Shown in pieces: positions 47,599-59,562 of a DNA stretch of 64,000 nucleotides. The notes below the pieces were generated by a model. The model was not told the origin of the DNA. It made no database searches and saw nothing but the letters and a program-made list of their open reading frames with translations. A program made the position numbers and the translations under genes. Location: assembly GCA_963700715.1 (NCBI GenBank), contig CAVOYP010000011.1, positions 8,349 to 72,348 on the forward strand, read 5' to 3'. The first letter of the stretch is position 1. The number at the start of each line of letters is the position of its first letter. This stretch comes from an uncultured Gammaproteobacteria bacterium. GTDB taxonomy: Bacteria; Pseudomonadota; Gammaproteobacteria; Pseudomonadales; Halieaceae.

Positions 47599-49242
47599 TC
47601 AACTGTCCCGGGGCCACAGCAGGGCCAGCGCGGTTGCCGCCAGCAGCCAGCTGGCCGGCGGCGCCGCCGCCAGCTGCTGCCAGCCCCCGGGCAGCACGCC
47701 GATGGCCGCCCCCAGGCAGGCCAGTGCCGCCAGCAGCTGGCGGCGCTGGCGGCGGGTTCGCTCGCCACTGCGCCGGCGCTGTTGTTCCAGCTGCTGCTGC
47801 GGTCGGGCCGGGCGCGGGTCGCCCTCCCGGGATTGCTGCAGGCTGTCCAGCACCACATCCGGCAGCTGGGGTAATTGTTCCAGCCAGGAGGGCGCCTGTC
47901 GCTGCAGGCGGCGCAGGAAGGACTGGGGCGAGTAGCGCTCCTGCACCCAGTCTTCGAGGAAGGGCTTGGCGGTGTCCCACAGGTTGAGTTCGGGATACAG
48001 CTGCCGCCCCAGGCCCTCGATGTTGAGCAGGGTTTTCTGCAGCAGCACCAGCGAGGGCTGTATGTGCATATCGAAGCGCCCGGCGGTGCGGAACAGGTAT
48101 ATCAGCAGCTGGCCGAAGGAGATCTCGCCGATCGGCCGTTCAAACACCGGCTCGCACACAGCCCGCATCGCGGCCTCGAAATCCTGCACCCGGGTCTGCG
48201 GCGGGACCCAGCCGCACTCCACGTGGAGCTGGGCCACTTCGCGGTAATTGCGCTGGAAGATACTGAGCAGGTTGCGGGCCAGGTAGTATTGGTCCGAGTC
48301 GCTGAGGCTGCCGATAATGGCGCAGTCGACGGCGATGTAGGTGGGGTCCGCCGGGTCGGTGGTGTCGATGAAGATGTTGCCCGGGTGCATGTCGGCGTGG
48401 AAAAAGCTGTCGCGAAACACCTGGGTGAAAAAGATCTCCACGCCGCGTTCGGCCAGCAGTTTCAGGTCGGTACCCCGGGCCTGCAGGGTGGCCATATCGG
48501 TGACCGCGACACCCGAGATGCGCTCCATGACGAACACATTGCGGCAGGTGTAGTCCCAGTAGACCTGCGGTACGTACAGCAGCTTGCTGTTCTCGAAATT
48601 GCGGCGCAACTGACAGGCGTTGGCTGCCTCCCTGCCCAGGTCCAGTTCATCGAGGATGATCAGCTCGTAGTCGCTGATCACTTCCACCGGGCGCAGGCGC
48701 CGGCCTTCGGGAACATGCCGGGCCACGAGCCTCGCGAGGGTGAACATCAGGGCCAGGTCCTGGCGGATCACAGGCTCGATGTCCGGGCGAATCACCTTGA
48801 CCACCACGTCCTCGCCGCTGTGGAGAGTGGCCGCGTGGACCTGGGCCACCGACGCCGACGCCATGGGCTTGGCCTCGAAGCTGGCAAACAGCTCTGTCAC
48901 CGGCTTGCCCAGGCCCTTTTCGATAATGGCTATGGCCTGCTGTTCGGGGAAGGGAGGTACCTTGTCCTGGAGCTTGGCCAGCTCATCGGCAATATCAGTG
49001 GGCAGCAGGTCGCGCCGGGTGGACAGCATCTGCCCCAGCTTGATGAAAACCGGACCCAGTTCCTCCAGGGTCCGGCGCAGGCGCACGCCCCGGGGCAGGT
49101 CCGGCGCCGGGTGCAGGCGCCAGGGCAGCAACCTCAGAACCATACGGGGCAGGGGCCCCAGTCGCCCGCCGTCGATAAATTCGTCCAGCCGGTAGCGACC
49201 GACAGTGCGGTAAATGGTGACCAGGCGGGCGATGCGTGACAT
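47599..49242 (-). CDS. ubiB: Ubiquinone biosynthesis regulatory kinase-like protein UbiB
   Basis: [41 protein letters not shown]...ASASVAQVH...[10 protein letters not shown]. Confidence 0.93.
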   Translation of the reverse strand: MSRIARLVTIYRTVGRYRLDEFIDGGRLGPLPRMVLRLLPWRLHPAPDLPRGVRLRRTLEELGPVFIKLGQMLSTRRDLLPTDIADELAKLQDKVPPFPEQQAIAIIEKGLGKPVTELFASFEAKPMASASVAQVHAATLHSGEDVVVKVIRPDIEPVIRQDLALMFTLARLVARHVPEGRRLRPVEVISDYELIILDELDLGREAANACQLRRNFENSKLLYVPQVYWDYTCRNVFVMERISGVAVTDMATLQARGTDLKLLAERGVEIFFTQVFRDSFFHADMHPGNIFIDTTDPADPTYIAVDCAIIGSLSDSDQYYLARNLLSIFQRNYREVAQLHVECGWVPPQTRVQDFEAAMRAVCEPVFERPIGEISFGQLLIYLFRTAGRFDMHIQPSLVLLQKTLLNIEGLGRQLYPELNLWDTAKPFLEDWVQERYSPQSFLRRLQRQAPSWLEQLPQLPDVVLDSLQQSREGDPRPARPQQQLEQQRRRSGERTRRQRRQLLAALACLGAAIGVLPGGWQQLAAAPPASWLLAATALALLWPRDS

Positions 49243-49886
49243 CAGCGCTCGCGCAGTTTCTGCAGGCGTTTGCGCAGGCGCTGGGTGCGCGACTGCAGGC
49301 GCTCCACCTGCAGGCCCAGCTGTTGCACATCGCGATAGAAATCCTCCAGCTCGAGCCGCGGCGGGCTCAGGCGCGCCTCCTCGTGGATGAACTCCTCCAG
49401 TTGCCGCTCCAGGCCGGTGGAGGCCTGCCGGCCCCAGCCGTACGCGCCGCGCAGCAATTGCGCCAACTGGTGGCCGGCCACGTCTCCCAGGGCATCCACC
49501 AGCGGCGCTTCCCAGTCGATTTCCAGCGCGCTGATGATTCGCTGCAGCTCGATCAGCGGCGCGCTGTCGCCCTCCAGTTCGATGCGCCCGTTGATCAGCG
49601 CCGCGGTCGGATCCTGTGCGGTGGCAAGCTCGGCAAAATCAGAGGCGACCCCGCGCATGCTGGTGGTCACGGGACCATCGTAAACACCCATGAGACGCAC
49701 CTTGCCAGCGCCCGGCTGCAAGTAAGCGTCCACCCTGGGGGCGGTGCAATGCAGTGCGAACACACAGCCCGCCAGCTTGTCCAGCTCGGCCCTGCCGCCG
49801 GGCGCCAGTTCGAGTGCCCGGTTGACCACCTGCTCGGCGGCCCCCAGCACGGCGGTCATCACGGCGGGATCGAGCGCGGGATTCAT
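49242..49886 (-). CDS. ubiJ: Ubiquinone biosynthesis accessory factor UbiJ (SCP2 domain)
   Basis: Lies between ubiE and ubiB. SCP2-like N-terminal half plus a coiled C-terminus ([20 protein letters not shown]). Start at ATG 49886. Confidence 0.75.
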   Translation of the reverse strand: MNPALDPAVMTAVLGAAEQVVNRALELAPGGRAELDKLAGCVFALHCTAPRVDAYLQPGAGKVRLMGVYDGPVTTSMRGVASDFAELATAQDPTAALINGRIELEGDSAPLIELQRIISALEIDWEAPLVDALGDVAGHQLAQLLRGAYGWGRQASTGLERQLEEFIHEEARLSPPRLELEDFYRDVQQLGLQVERLQSRTQRLRKRLQKLRER

Positions 49887-49887
49887 T

Positions 49888-50637
49888 TCAGGCCTTGACG
49901 CCCTTGTGGAGTGCGACGACACCTCCGGTCATGTTGTGGTATTCGCAACGGGTGAAGCCCGCGTCCTCCATCATGTCCTTGAGGGTTTCCTGGTCGGGAT
50001 GCATGCGAATGGACTCCGCCAGGTACTGGTAACTGTCGGCGTCATTGGCTACCAGCCGGCCCATCAGTGGCAGTACCCGGAAGGAATACGCGTCGTAAGC
50101 CCTGCTCAGCAGGGGGTTGGCAGGTTTGGAGAACTCCAGCACCAGCAGGCGCCCGCCGGGCTTGAGTACCCGCAGCATCGAGCGCAGTGCCGCATCCTTG
50201 TCGGTCACATTGCGCAGGCCGAAGGCGATGGTCACGCAGTCGAAACTGGCGTCGGGAAAGGGCAGGCACTGGGCGTCGGCCTGGACAAACTCCAGGTTGT
50301 CGATACGGCCGTGGTCCAGCAGCTTGTCCCGGCCCACCTTGAGCATGGAGTCGTTGATATCGGCCAGTACCACCCGGCCCGCCGGACCGACGATGTCGGC
50401 GAAGCGGGCGGCCAGGTCGCCGGTGCCGCCGGCGATGTCCAGCACTGAATGGCCTGTGCGCACCCCACTGAGCTCAATGGTGAAGCGTTTCCAGACACGG
50501 TGAATGCCCGCGGACATCAGGTCGTTCATCAGGTCGTAGCGCGCGGCTACTGAATGGAATACATCGGCCACCATGCCCGCCTTGGCATCGGTTTCCACTT
50601 CCTTGAAGCCGAAGTGAGTCCTGTCTTTGTCGCCCAT
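49888..50637 (-). CDS. ubiE: Demethylmenaquinone/ubiquinone C-methyltransferase
   Basis: [36 protein letters not shown]...[12 protein letters not shown]...FGLRNVTDK. Confidence 0.95.
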   Translation of the reverse strand: MGDKDRTHFGFKEVETDAKAGMVADVFHSVAARYDLMNDLMSAGIHRVWKRFTIELSGVRTGHSVLDIAGGTGDLAARFADIVGPAGRVVLADINDSMLKVGRDKLLDHGRIDNLEFVQADAQCLPFPDASFDCVTIAFGLRNVTDKDAALRSMLRVLKPGGRLLVLEFSKPANPLLSRAYDAYSFRVLPLMGRLVANDADSYQYLAESIRMHPDQETLKDMMEDAGFTRCEYHNMTGGVVALHKGVKA

Positions 50638-50726
50638 GGGTATTGCACCCCCTCCTCATCGAGCGGCGTATTGTAGCGCGATGCGGCCCCGCGGTCAGGC
50701 CGGATTGGTGTCGGGCGGTTTGGTGG

Positions 50727-51125
50727 TCAGGGCTGGAACTGGATGACCTGGACGTCCGGATCCCTGCCGGCCCCGGCCCGATCGAGTCGGTCGAGGTAGT
50801 CCTGCCAGTGCTCAGCCTGCCGGGTACAGAGCTCGTACAGGTAATCCCAGGAGTACAGGCCGGTGTCATGGCCATCGTCGAACACCAGCTGCAGCGCATA
50901 GCGACCCACCGGCTTGATGGCCTTGATGCCGACATTCAGCTTGCCGGTCTGCAGGGTTTCCTGGCCGGAGCCGTGGCCGCGCACCTCCGCCGAGGGGGAA
51001 TAAACGCGCAGGTACTCACAGCTCAGGCGGTAGCGCTCTCCCCCGGCATATTCCAGTTCCAGTTCACGGGAGCGCTGGTGCAGCCTGATGCCCCGGGGCC
51101 TGATATCGGATGCGTCGCTGGGCAT
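50727..51125 (-). CDS. DUF971 domain protein
   Basis: LELEYAGGERYRLSCEYLRVYSPSAEVRGHG...YALQLVFDDGHDTGLYSWDYLYEL. Confidence 0.75.
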   Translation of the reverse strand: MPSDASDIRPRGIRLHQRSRELELEYAGGERYRLSCEYLRVYSPSAEVRGHGSGQETLQTGKLNVGIKAIKPVGRYALQLVFDDGHDTGLYSWDYLYELCTRQAEHWQDYLDRLDRAGAGRDPDVQVIQFQP

Positions 51126-51128
51126 GGG

Positions 51129-52451
51129 CTAGAGGATGAAGCGGGACAGATCCTCGTCCGCGCTCAGGGCCTGGAGTTGGCTGTCGACATAGGCGGCGTC
51201 CACTCGCAGCGGCTCGCGGCTCAGGCCGGCGTCCGCCGCGGTGAACGAACTTTCTTCCAGCAGCCTCTCCATCACAGTGTGCAGCCGGCGCGCGCCGATA
51301 TTTTCGGTTTTTTCATTCACCTGCCAGGCGGTCTCGGCGATGCGGCGCAAGCCGTCCGCGGTGAATTCGACCTGCAACCCCTCGGTCGCCAGCAGGGCCT
51401 GGTACTGCTCGGTGAGGGAGGCATTGGGTTCGGTGAGGATGCGCTCGAAATCATCCGCTGTGAGGGCGGACAGTTCCACCCGTATCGGCAGCCGGCCCTG
51501 CAGTTCCGGAATCAGGTCTGAGGGCCGCGCCAGGTGAAAAGCGCCGGAGGCGATGAAGAGGATGTGATCTGTCTTGATCATGCCGTGCTTGGTGCTCACC
51601 GTGGAGCCCTCGATCAGCGGCAACAGGTCGCGTTGCACACCCTCGCGTGATACGTCGGCGCCGGCGCCCTCGCTGCGTTTGGCCACCTTGTCGATTTCGT
51701 CTATGAAGACGATGCCGTTCTGTTCCGCCGCGGTGACCGCCTGCTGCTTGAGCTCGTCCTCATTGACCAGCTTGGCCGCCTCCTCCTCGCAGAGTGCCGC
51801 GAAGGCCGCCTTGATGGGCATTTTCCGGGTTTTCTGCTGCTGCCGCGACAGGTTGGAAAACATGCTCTGCAGCTGGTTGGTCATCTCCTCCATGCCCGGA
51901 GGCGCCATGATTTCCACTGCCGAGGCGCGCGAGCTGATGTTGACCTCGATCTCTTTCTGGTCGAGTTCACCCTCTCGCAGTTTCTTGCGCAGCAGCTGGC
52001 GGGTGCCGGATCCGGAATCCGGCTCGGCGTTGCGGGCGGGTGGCAGCAGGATATCGAGAATCCTCTCCTCCGCCATCTCCTCGGCGCGAAAACGCACCCG
52101 GAGCATCTCCTGTTCCCGCAGCATTTTTACCGACACATCCACCAGGTCGCGCACGATGGAGTCGACATCGCGCCCCACGTAACCGACCTCGGTGAACTTG
52201 GTGGCTTCCACCTTGACGAAGGGGGCATTGGCCAGTTTCGCCAGGCGGCGGGCGATTTCGGTCTTGCCCACGCCGGTCGGCCCGATCATGAGGATATTCT
52301 TGGGGGTGATTTCCGCCCGCAACTCCTCGGGCAATTGCATGCGGCGCCAGCGGTTGCGCAGGGCAATCGCCACGGCCCGCTTGGCATCCTGCTGGCCGAT
52401 GATGTGTTTGTCGAGCTCGTGCACGATCTCGCGGGGTGTCATATCGGACAT
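51129..52451 (-). CDS. hslU: ATP-dependent protease ATPase subunit HslU
   Basis: [34 protein letters not shown]...[19 protein letters not shown]. Confidence 0.95.
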   Translation of the reverse strand: MSDMTPREIVHELDKHIIGQQDAKRAVAIALRNRWRRMQLPEELRAEITPKNILMIGPTGVGKTEIARRLAKLANAPFVKVEATKFTEVGYVGRDVDSIVRDLVDVSVKMLREQEMLRVRFRAEEMAEERILDILLPPARNAEPDSGSGTRQLLRKKLREGELDQKEIEVNISSRASAVEIMAPPGMEEMTNQLQSMFSNLSRQQQKTRKMPIKAAFAALCEEEAAKLVNEDELKQQAVTAAEQNGIVFIDEIDKVAKRSEGAGADVSREGVQRDLLPLIEGSTVSTKHGMIKTDHILFIASGAFHLARPSDLIPELQGRLPIRVELSALTADDFERILTEPNASLTEQYQALLATEGLQVEFTADGLRRIAETAWQVNEKTENIGARRLHTVMERLLEESSFTAADAGLSREPLRVDAAYVDSQLQALSADEDLSRFIL

Positions 52452-52453
52452 GC

Positions 52454-52993
52454 CTAGAAATCCAGTTGTTCGATGGTGCGGTTGTGGTTGGTGTAGATGC
52501 AGATATCGCCGGCGATGCCCAATCCCTTCTCGACGATGCTGCGGGCGTCAAGCTCGGTGTTATCGAGCAGCGCCCTGGCCGCGGCCTGGGCAAAGGGGCC
52601 GCCGGAACCGATTGCAATCAGGTTGTCCTCCGGCTCGATCACATCGCCGTTACCGGTGATGATGAGGGATGTATTGCGGTCGGCCACCGCCAGCAGTGCC
52701 TCGAGCCGGCGCAGGGAGCGCTCGGTACGCCAGGCCTTGGCCAGCTCCACCGCGGCCCGCAACAGGTTGCCCTGGTGCCGGTCGAGTTGCGCCTCGAACA
52801 ACTCGAACAGGGTGAAGGCGTCGGCGGTGCCCCCGGCAAAGCCGGCTAGTACCTGGTTCTTGTGCAGCCGTCGCACCTTGCGCGCATTGCCTTTCATGAC
52901 GGTATTGCCCATCGACACCTGGCCGTCGCCGCCGATCACGACGCTATTGCCGCGGCGCACCGAGAGAATGGTCGTACCCCTGAACTGTTCCAC
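52454..52993 (-). CDS. hslV: ATP-dependent protease subunit HslV
   Basis: [41 protein letters not shown] start with a GGAGAA RBS. Six residues precede the catalytic Thr. Confidence 0.92.
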   Translation of the reverse strand: MEQFRGTTILSVRRGNSVVIGGDGQVSMGNTVMKGNARKVRRLHKNQVLAGFAGGTADAFTLFELFEAQLDRHQGNLLRAAVELAKAWRTERSLRRLEALLAVADRNTSLIITGNGDVIEPEDNLIAIGSGGPFAQAAARALLDNTELDARSIVEKGLGIAGDICIYTNHNRTIEQLDF

Positions 52994-53064
52994 GCTGGTT
53001 CTCCTGCTGGCGTTGATCGGATATGGGGAGCCGGCCGCGGAAAATCAAGCTCCGCCGGCGATAT

Positions 53065-53661
53065 TCAGGGCGCCGTGCGCTTGAGCAACAGCGAGTCGAT
53101 GTCCTGTGCCGCCATCAGGCCCTTGGCACGGGTCATCTCGGTGTGGGAGTTGTAGGGGCCGAGATAGACCCGGAACCAGTGGCCGGTGTCGCTGTCGCTC
53201 TCCTCGACCTTGGGTTGCAGCCCCAGCAGCAGGAGCTCGGCACGGCGCCGTTCGGCGTCCTCCCGTTGGCGGAACGAGCCCGCCTGCAGCAGGTAGGATT
53301 CCGCGCTAGAGCCGGCGGGTGGGCTCGCCACACCTGCCGGCTCTACCGCGTCCTCCAGGGTCTGTTGCGGCAGCATGGTGTAGAAATCAAAGCGCGGCTT
53401 GGGCGGCTCGGCGGGTACGCTCGCCACGGGCGCGGCTTCTGGCTCGGGAGCGGGCGCATCGGCCGGGGGCAGCGCATACAGGTACGCCAGGAAGCAGAGA
53501 AAGATCCCGCTCAGCAGGCCGGCGAAATAACTGCGCACCCCGCTGCCTGGGCGCGAATCCGTTGCGACCCGCGCCGATTCACCCCGGCGCGGCTGCATCT
53601 TTTTCCTGCCCGCTGGCGCCTTTGCGCCCGCTGGCCTGCCCTTGGCGAAGTCTCTTGCCAT
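53065..53661 (-). CDS. SPOR domain protein (FtsN/DedD-like septal peptidoglycan binding)
   Basis: Basic N-terminus, one TM helix, a Pro/Ala-rich linker and a C-terminal SPOR domain (YLLQAGSFRQREDAERRRAELLLLGL...WFRVYLGPY). Confidence 0.8.
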   Translation of the reverse strand: MARDFAKGRPAGAKAPAGRKKMQPRRGESARVATDSRPGSGVRSYFAGLLSGIFLCFLAYLYALPPADAPAPEPEAAPVASVPAEPPKPRFDFYTMLPQQTLEDAVEPAGVASPPAGSSAESYLLQAGSFRQREDAERRRAELLLLGLQPKVEESDSDTGHWFRVYLGPYNSHTEMTRAKGLMAAQDIDSLLLKRTAP

Positions 53662-53664
53662 GGT

Positions 53665-55350
53665 TTACATCGTCTCCGGGGCGCTCACGCCCAGCAGGCC
53701 CAGGCCATTGGCGATGACCTGGCGCACGGCCTGGCACAGCGCCACCCGGGCGTGGCGCAGGCCCGGCTCATCGACCAGTACCTTGTGGGCGTTGTAGCAG
53801 GTGTGGAAATCGCCGGCCAGTTCCCGCAGGTAGGTTGCCACGCCATGGGGTTCGCTGGCGGTGGCGGCATTGGCCACGATCTCGGGGTAGCGGTCCAGCT
53901 GGCGCATAAGCGCTTTTTCATGCTCCTGCGACAATTCTCCCAGGTGATCCAGGGCGGTTCGCAGGCTCCAGTCCCAGCCCTGTTCCGAGAGTTTGCGCAT
54001 GACGCTGCAGGCCCTGGCATGGGCGTACTGGATGTAATAGACCGGGTTGTCGTTGCTCTGGGACAGGGCGAGGTTGATATCGAAGGTCAATTGGGAGCTC
54101 GCCGAGCGCGCCGCCAGGAAGAAACGGGTCGCGTCCCGTCCCACCTCGTCGATCAGGTCCCGCAGGGTAACGTAGCTGCCCGCCCGCTTGGACAATTTGA
54201 CCTCTTCCCCGTCCCGCATCACCGTCACCATCTGGTGCAGGACGTAATCGGGCCAACCGGCGGGAATGCCGCACTCCAGTGCCTGCAATCCGGCCCGCAC
54301 CCGGGTGACCGTGCTGTGGTGGTCGGCGCCCTGCTCGTTGATGACTCGCGCAAAGCCCCGGTTCCACTTGTTCAGGTGATAGGCCACATCCGGCACGAAA
54401 TAGGTATAGCCTCCGTCGCTCTTGCGCATGACCCGGTCCTTGTCATCGCCGAACCGGGTCGTGCGCAGCCACAGCGCGCCGTCCTGCTCGAAGGTGTGCC
54501 CGCGGGCGACCAGGCGCTGGACCGCCGCTTCCACTTCGCCGTCCTCATACAGCGATGACTCCAGGAAGTAATTGTCGAAGTAGACCGCGAAGGCCTGCAG
54601 GTCCAGATCCTGCTCGCGCCGCAGGTAGGCCACTGCGAAATCGCGTATCCTCTCCAGGTTGTCCGGGTCGGCTGCCCCGCTGACATGGCGGTCCGTGGCA
54701 TCGATGCGGTCGCCGCGCAGGTAAGCCCTGGCGACATCCTGAATGTAGTCCCCGCGGTAGCCGTCGGCAGGCCAGCCGGGATCTTCCGGCCCCAGGCCCC
54801 TGCAGCGGGCCTGCACTGACAGGGCGAGGTTGCTGATCTGCTGGCCCGCGTCGTTGTAGTAGAACTCCCGCGTCACATCCCAGCCGGTGGCGACCAGCAG
54901 GCGGCAGATGCAATCACCTACAGCCGCCCCGCGGCCGTGCCCGACATGCAGGGGGCCGGTCGGGTTGGCTGACACGAATTCCACCTGGACTTTGCGGCCC
55001 GCCCCGGTGTTGGAGGTGCCATAAGTTCCCGCCTGTTCCAGGACCTGCTGGATAACCGCCTGGCTGCTGGCACCGGAAAGGAAGAAGTTGATGAAGCCCG
55101 GCCCCGCGATCTCTGTGCGCGCGAGAAAGTCCGCTTCCGGCAGGGCCGCGCAGATCTGCGCGGCCAGGTCCCGGGGTTTTTGTCCCGCCGCCTTGGCCAG
55201 GCCGAGGGCGACATTGCTGGCCAGATCGCCGTGTGCGGGGTCGCGGCTGCGTTCGATCTGCACCTGGATGGGAATATCGCCGGGCAATTGACCCTGTGCC
55301 ACCAGCGCGTCCAGCGCCTGCAGGATAAGCCGGGTAAGTTGTTCCTTCAT
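53665..55350 (-). CDS. argS: Arginine--tRNA ligase
   Basis: [16 protein letters not shown]...[18 protein letters not shown] (HIGH)...MSKRAGS-like KLSKRAG. Internal ATG at 55350. Confidence 0.93.
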   Translation of the reverse strand: MKEQLTRLILQALDALVAQGQLPGDIPIQVQIERSRDPAHGDLASNVALGLAKAAGQKPRDLAAQICAALPEADFLARTEIAGPGFINFFLSGASSQAVIQQVLEQAGTYGTSNTGAGRKVQVEFVSANPTGPLHVGHGRGAAVGDCICRLLVATGWDVTREFYYNDAGQQISNLALSVQARCRGLGPEDPGWPADGYRGDYIQDVARAYLRGDRIDATDRHVSGAADPDNLERIRDFAVAYLRREQDLDLQAFAVYFDNYFLESSLYEDGEVEAAVQRLVARGHTFEQDGALWLRTTRFGDDKDRVMRKSDGGYTYFVPDVAYHLNKWNRGFARVINEQGADHHSTVTRVRAGLQALECGIPAGWPDYVLHQMVTVMRDGEEVKLSKRAGSYVTLRDLIDEVGRDATRFFLAARSASSQLTFDINLALSQSNDNPVYYIQYAHARACSVMRKLSEQGWDWSLRTALDHLGELSQEHEKALMRQLDRYPEIVANAATASEPHGVATYLRELAGDFHTCYNAHKVLVDEPGLRHARVALCQAVRQVIANGLGLLGVSAPETM

Positions 55351-55470
55351 CGCGCGGGGAGACACCTGGGTTACTTCATTGGATGGCCGGGCGGCGACGC
55401 CCGTCGGCCGGTCATTATCCTTATAAGTCCGCACCGTGGCTAGAGCGTGACTCCCCGCTGCGCCCCGGCG

Positions 55471-57669
55471 TCAGTAGAGGTCCTGGGGATCGATATCGAT
55501 GGACCATTTGAGGCCCCGGCGGGCGGGAATTGCCTCCGCCTGCGCGACCAGGAGGTCGGCAGCGAGCTGTGCGACCCGTCGATCCTCTGCCAGCAGGATC
55601 AGCTGGTAGCGGAATTTCCCCGCCCGCCGCTGCATGGGCGAGGGCAGGGGGCCGATCAACCGGGCGCCGGTGGTCAGGCCCGGCTGGACCCGGTTCCGCA
55701 GCGCCTGCAGGAACGCCTCACCGCAGGCGGGATCGCCGCAATCGGTGCGCACGATCACCAGCTGTCCCGCGGGCGGCATGCCCGCCGCCTGGCGGCCGAC
55801 CAGCATGGTCCTGGCCTGGGCGGCATAGTCCACGCTCAGCATGGCCTGCAGCGCGGGGTGATCCGGGTAGTGGGTTTGCAGCAGCACTTCGCCGGGCAGT
55901 TCCGCTCGCCCGGCCCGCCCGGCCACCTGGGTCAACAGTTGGGCCATGCGCTCCTCGCCGCGAAAGTCGGCGCTGAACAGCAGGGCGTCGGCGTCGATGA
56001 CTGCCACCAGCCCCACCGCGGGGAAATGATGGCCCTTGGTGAGCATCTGCGTTCCCAGCAGGATTCCCGGCTCGCCGCGGTTGATCTGGGCCACCAGGTC
56101 GCGCATGGCATGACGGGCCTGCATTGAATCGCTGTCGACCCGGAACACCGGCCATTGGCCGAAACGCTGGCGCAGGAAGTCTTCGGTCTGCTCGGTGCCG
56201 AGCCCGGCGGTCAGCAGGTTGCCGCTATGGCACCGGGGGCACTGCCGCGGCAGCACCTCGACGGCGCCGCAGTGGTGGCAGCGCAACCGGCCGGGACGGC
56301 GGTGTACCGTGAGCCTGGCGTCGCAGGAGTGGCATTCCGCCACCCAGCCGCAATCGTGGCACTGGAGCGTGGGGGCATAGCCGCGGCGGTTCAGGAACAA
56401 CAGCACCTGCTGTCGCGCCGCCAGCCGCTGCTCGATGGCGTCGAGCAGGGTGCCACTCAGCCCTGCCTGCAGCGCCTGGCGGCGCAGATCGATTGTGCTC
56501 AGAGTCGGCAGCACGCTGGCGCCGGCCCGCTGGCGCAGTCGGTGCAGCTGGTAGCGGCCGGTAGTCACGTTATGGATACTCTCCAGGGAGGGCGTGGCAC
56601 TGCCCAGGACTACCAGGCACCCCTCCAACTGGCCGCGCTTCACCGCCACATCCCGGGCGGAGTAGCGAAAGCCGTCCTGCTGCTTGTAGGAGCCGTCGTG
56701 CTCCTCGTCGACGATAACCAGGCCCGGGGCTTGCAGGGGGGTGAAGATGGCGGATCGGGTGCCGATGACGATATGGGCGCTACCGTCCCGGGCCGCCTCC
56801 CAGGAGCGGTAGCGCTCGGCATTCCCAAGGCCGGAGTGGAGCACAGCGATCTGTGCGTCGAAGCGTCGCTTGAAGCGCTCCAGGGTCTGCGGGGTCAGGC
56901 CGATTTCGGGTATCAATACCAGCGCCTGCCTGCCCCTGGCCAGGCAGTCGGCGATCAGCTGCAGGTAGACCTCGGTTTTGCCGGCGCCCGTGACGCCCTC
57001 GAGCAGGTGGCAACTGAAGCCCTCCCCGGCGGCCCGCAGGGCGGCCAGGGCGGTGGCCTGCTCCGGGTTCAGCGCCAGGCCCGGGCGGCTGGCGGCGGTG
57101 GCGGGCGAGAGCGGCAGGGTGCATTTTTCCACCAGGCCTTTCGCACCCAGCTCGCGCAATACTGCGGCTGAAATACCTCGCTCGGTGAAGAGCGCGCTGG
57201 CCGCAGCCGGGACCGACTGCAGCAGGGCCAGGGCCTCGGCCTGGCGCGGCGACCGCGCCAGCGCACCGGGCGGCAGGCCCGATCCCCGGGCCGTCAGTCG
57301 CCAGCCGGGGACCCCGGCCGGCTGGTGTCGCTTCCCCTCCCTAAGGGCAGGTGCAAAGGCTGCGGCGAAAACCTCCCCGGGCGGGTGGTGATAGTAGCGG
57401 GCCGCCCAGTCACACAGTTGCACCAGGCTTGCAGGGATCAGGGGTTCGGTATCCAGTGCAGCCTCCGCGCGTTTGAGCGTTGCAGGAGGCAGCTCGCTGT
57501 CCCGGCTGGTCGCGACCAGGTAGGCGGTGACGCGGCGGGGGCCGAAGGGCACCAGCAGCCGCTGGCCCGGCCGCAATGCGAAGGCCTCGGCATCCCCCAT
57601 CCCCACGGGAGGCAGGTAGTCGAACAGGCGACGCAGCGGCGACGGAATGGCGAGGCGCAGAACGGGCAT
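55471..57669 (-). CDS. priA: Primosomal protein N' (replication restart helicase PriA)
   Basis: [21 protein letters not shown]...[15 protein letters not shown]...Cys-rich zinc region [20 protein letters not shown]...LRCHHCG...CPRC. Confidence 0.93.
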   Translation of the reverse strand: MPVLRLAIPSPLRRLFDYLPPVGMGDAEAFALRPGQRLLVPFGPRRVTAYLVATSRDSELPPATLKRAEAALDTEPLIPASLVQLCDWAARYYHHPPGEVFAAAFAPALREGKRHQPAGVPGWRLTARGSGLPPGALARSPRQAEALALLQSVPAAASALFTERGISAAVLRELGAKGLVEKCTLPLSPATAASRPGLALNPEQATALAALRAAGEGFSCHLLEGVTGAGKTEVYLQLIADCLARGRQALVLIPEIGLTPQTLERFKRRFDAQIAVLHSGLGNAERYRSWEAARDGSAHIVIGTRSAIFTPLQAPGLVIVDEEHDGSYKQQDGFRYSARDVAVKRGQLEGCLVVLGSATPSLESIHNVTTGRYQLHRLRQRAGASVLPTLSTIDLRRQALQAGLSGTLLDAIEQRLAARQQVLLFLNRRGYAPTLQCHDCGWVAECHSCDARLTVHRRPGRLRCHHCGAVEVLPRQCPRCHSGNLLTAGLGTEQTEDFLRQRFGQWPVFRVDSDSMQARHAMRDLVAQINRGEPGILLGTQMLTKGHHFPAVGLVAVIDADALLFSADFRGEERMAQLLTQVAGRAGRAELPGEVLLQTHYPDHPALQAMLSVDYAAQARTMLVGRQAAGMPPAGQLVIVRTDCGDPACGEAFLQALRNRVQPGLTTGARLIGPLPSPMQRRAGKFRYQLILLAEDRRVAQLAADLLVAQAEAIPARRGLKWSIDIDPQDLY

Positions 57670-57783
57670 CTTGCCCCTTATCGGGCTGGCTGGGGGTTGC
57701 GGGGCGCCAGTGTACCAAAACAGGCGGGTGAGTTGCGGCCCGGCTCCGCCCCGGTGCGCGTTCACCGGTGCCTATTGCTTCTG

Positions 57784-57811
57784 TTCCCCTGTCTGGTAAT
57801 ATGCCCCGCTA
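57784..57811 (+). promoter_or_regulatory. Candidate sigma70 promoter of rpmE
   Basis: TTGCTT-N16-TAATAT, about 60 nt upstream of the rpmE ATG. Confidence 0.45.
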
Positions 57812-57873
57812 TTTTTTGGTGCGGTGCCCGGCAAGGACCGGGTGGCGGCGCCGTTGACGAGGAGCTCCATAGT

Positions 57874-58089
57874 ATGAAAGCAGATATCCATCCGAAGTAC
57901 GCGGCCGTTACCGCAACCTGCAGTTGTGGCAACAAGGTAGAGACCCGTTCGACCCTGTGCGAGGACCTGCACATCGACGTGTGCTCTGAGTGCCACCCGT
58001 TTTTCACCGGCAAGCAGAAGGTAATGGACACCGGCGGTCGTGTGGACCGGTTCAACAAGCGGTTCGCCAGCCGCGGCACCAAGCGCTAG
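57874..58089 (+). CDS. rpmE: 50S ribosomal protein L31 (zinc-binding type A)
   Basis: [28 protein letters not shown]...[25 protein letters not shown]. Confidence 0.95.
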   Translation: MKADIHPKYAAVTATCSCGNKVETRSTLCEDLHIDVCSECHPFFTGKQKVMDTGGRVDRFNKRFASRGTKR

Positions 58090-58127
58090 CCGCCAGGGCG
58101 CAGGGCGCCTGCACAATGATCGAGCAA

Positions 58128-58153
58128 AGCCAGGCCCGGGGCCTGGCTTTTTT
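58128..58153 (+). terminator. Rho-independent terminator of rpmE
   Basis: Stem agccaggcc / ggcctggct with a 3-nt loop, followed by TTTTTT. Confidence 0.85.
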
Positions 58154-58185
58154 ATGGGCGCTTCGCCCGCAGGGGTGGCCGCCCG

Positions 58186-58212
58186 GGTTCCTGCGATGAA
58201 GGTTCCTGCGAT
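58186..58212. repeat. Direct repeat ggttcctgcgat x2 (period 15) upstream of the malic enzyme gene
   Basis: Read directly. A partial third copy (ggtcc) follows, and a TATATT -10-like hexamer lies about 30 nt downstream. Confidence 0.6.
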
Positions 58213-58278
58213 AAAGGTCCCTTGTTACTGGCCGCCCTTTTCTATATTCTTTGCAACCTTTTTCCGCAAGTGAAACAA

Positions 58279-59562
58279 ATGCCCAAGGATTTCAAGCAGG
58301 CGGCGCTGGATTATCACTCGAGCCCGGTTCCGGGCAAGATCAGCGTGGAGCTCAGCAAACCGGCTGAAACCCAGCAGGACCTGGCCCTCGCCTACAGCCC
58401 GGGTGTGGCCGAGCCCTGCCGTGAAATCGCCAGCGACCGGGAAAATGCCTACCGTTACACGGGCAAGGGCAACCTGGTTGCAGTCATCAGCAATGGCACC
58501 GCCGTGCTCGGTCTTGGCAACCTGGGCGCGCTGGCCAGCAAACCCGTCATGGAGGGCAAGGCGCTGCTGTTCAAGCGTTTTGCCGGCATCAACGCCATTG
58601 ATATCGAGGTGAATACCGAGGACTCTGCCGAATTCATCAACACGGTGGCACTCATTGCCGATACTTTCGGCGGCATCAACCTCGAGGATATCAAGGCGCC
58701 GGAGTGCTTTGAGATAGAGGCGGCGCTGTCGCGACGCTGTGATATACCCATATTCCACGACGACCAGCACGGTACCGCGATTGTCACTGCCGCGGGCCTT
58801 TTGAATGCGCTCGAAGTGCAGGGCAAGCGGCTGGAGGACGCGGTCATCACCTGCCTGGGGGCGGGAGCAGCCGCTGTGGCCTGCATGCGCCTGCTGGTCA
58901 GTCTCGGCGCCAGGCGCAGCAATATTTACATGCTTGACCGGCGCGGCGTGGTTTATGCCGGCCGGGAAGACGTCAACGAGTACAAACTGGAGTTCGCCAA
59001 CCAGACCAGCAAGCGCAGCCTGGCTGACGCCGTCGACGGTGCGGACGTGTTTATCGGCCTCTCAGGGGCGGATTTGCTGAGTCCGCAGATGCTCCTGTCG
59101 ATGGCGGCTCGCCCGATCGTCTTTGCCTGCTCGAATCCCGACCCGGAAATCAGGCCCGAGATTGCGCTGGCAACTCGCGATGACGTGATTATCGCCACTG
59201 GGCGTTCGGACTATCCCAACCAGGTCAACAATGTACTGGGATTCCCTTTCATATTCCGGGGCGCGCTGGATGTGCGCGCCTCGTGCATCAACGAAGCGAT
59301 GAAAATCGCGGCGGTCTATGCCTTGAGCGAGCTGGCGCGAGAAGCAGTTCCCGCCGAGGTTCTGGCAGCCTGCGCTCTGGAGTCGCTGTCCTTCGGGCCC
59401 GGCTATATTATTCCCAAGCCAATGGACAACAGGCTGCTGGTTCGCCTGGCATCGGCAGTGGCCCGGGCAGCGGTGGAAAGTGGGGTGGCCCGCCTGCCCT
59501 ACCCTGACACCTACCCCTCTCTACCGTCCCCGTCAGCCCGCGCGCACCGCGCGGGCGGCTAG
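58279..59562 (+). CDS. maeB: NADP-dependent malic enzyme (short form without PTA domain)
   Basis: MPKDFKQAALDYHSSPVPGKISV...LALAYSPGVAEPC...VISNGTAVLGLGNLGALASKPVMEGKALLFK... Confidence 0.88.
   Translation: MPKDFKQAALDYHSSPVPGKISVELSKPAETQQDLALAYSPGVAEPCREIASDRENAYRYTGKGNLVAVISNGTAVLGLGNLGALASKPVMEGKALLFKRFAGINAIDIEVNTEDSAEFINTVALIADTFGGINLEDIKAPECFEIEAALSRRCDIPIFHDDQHGTAIVTAAGLLNALEVQGKRLEDAVITCLGAGAAAVACMRLLVSLGARRSNIYMLDRRGVVYAGREDVNEYKLEFANQTSKRSLADAVDGADVFIGLSGADLLSPQMLLSMAARPIVFACSNPDPEIRPEIALATRDDVIIATGRSDYPNQVNNVLGFPFIFRGALDVRASCINEAMKIAAVYALSELAREAVPAEVLAACALESLSFGPGYIIPKPMDNRLLVRLASAVARAAVESGVARLPYPDTYPSLPSPSARAHRAGG

Noticed and set aside
47088-47987. Ala/Pro/Gly/Arg-rich ORFs overlapping the hisI-ubiB junction: 47088..47987(+), 47531..47935(+) and 47537..47980(-).
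   Set aside because: They are low-complexity translations in non-coding frames of hisI and the ubiB 3' end. Both real genes are intact and conserved in their own frames.
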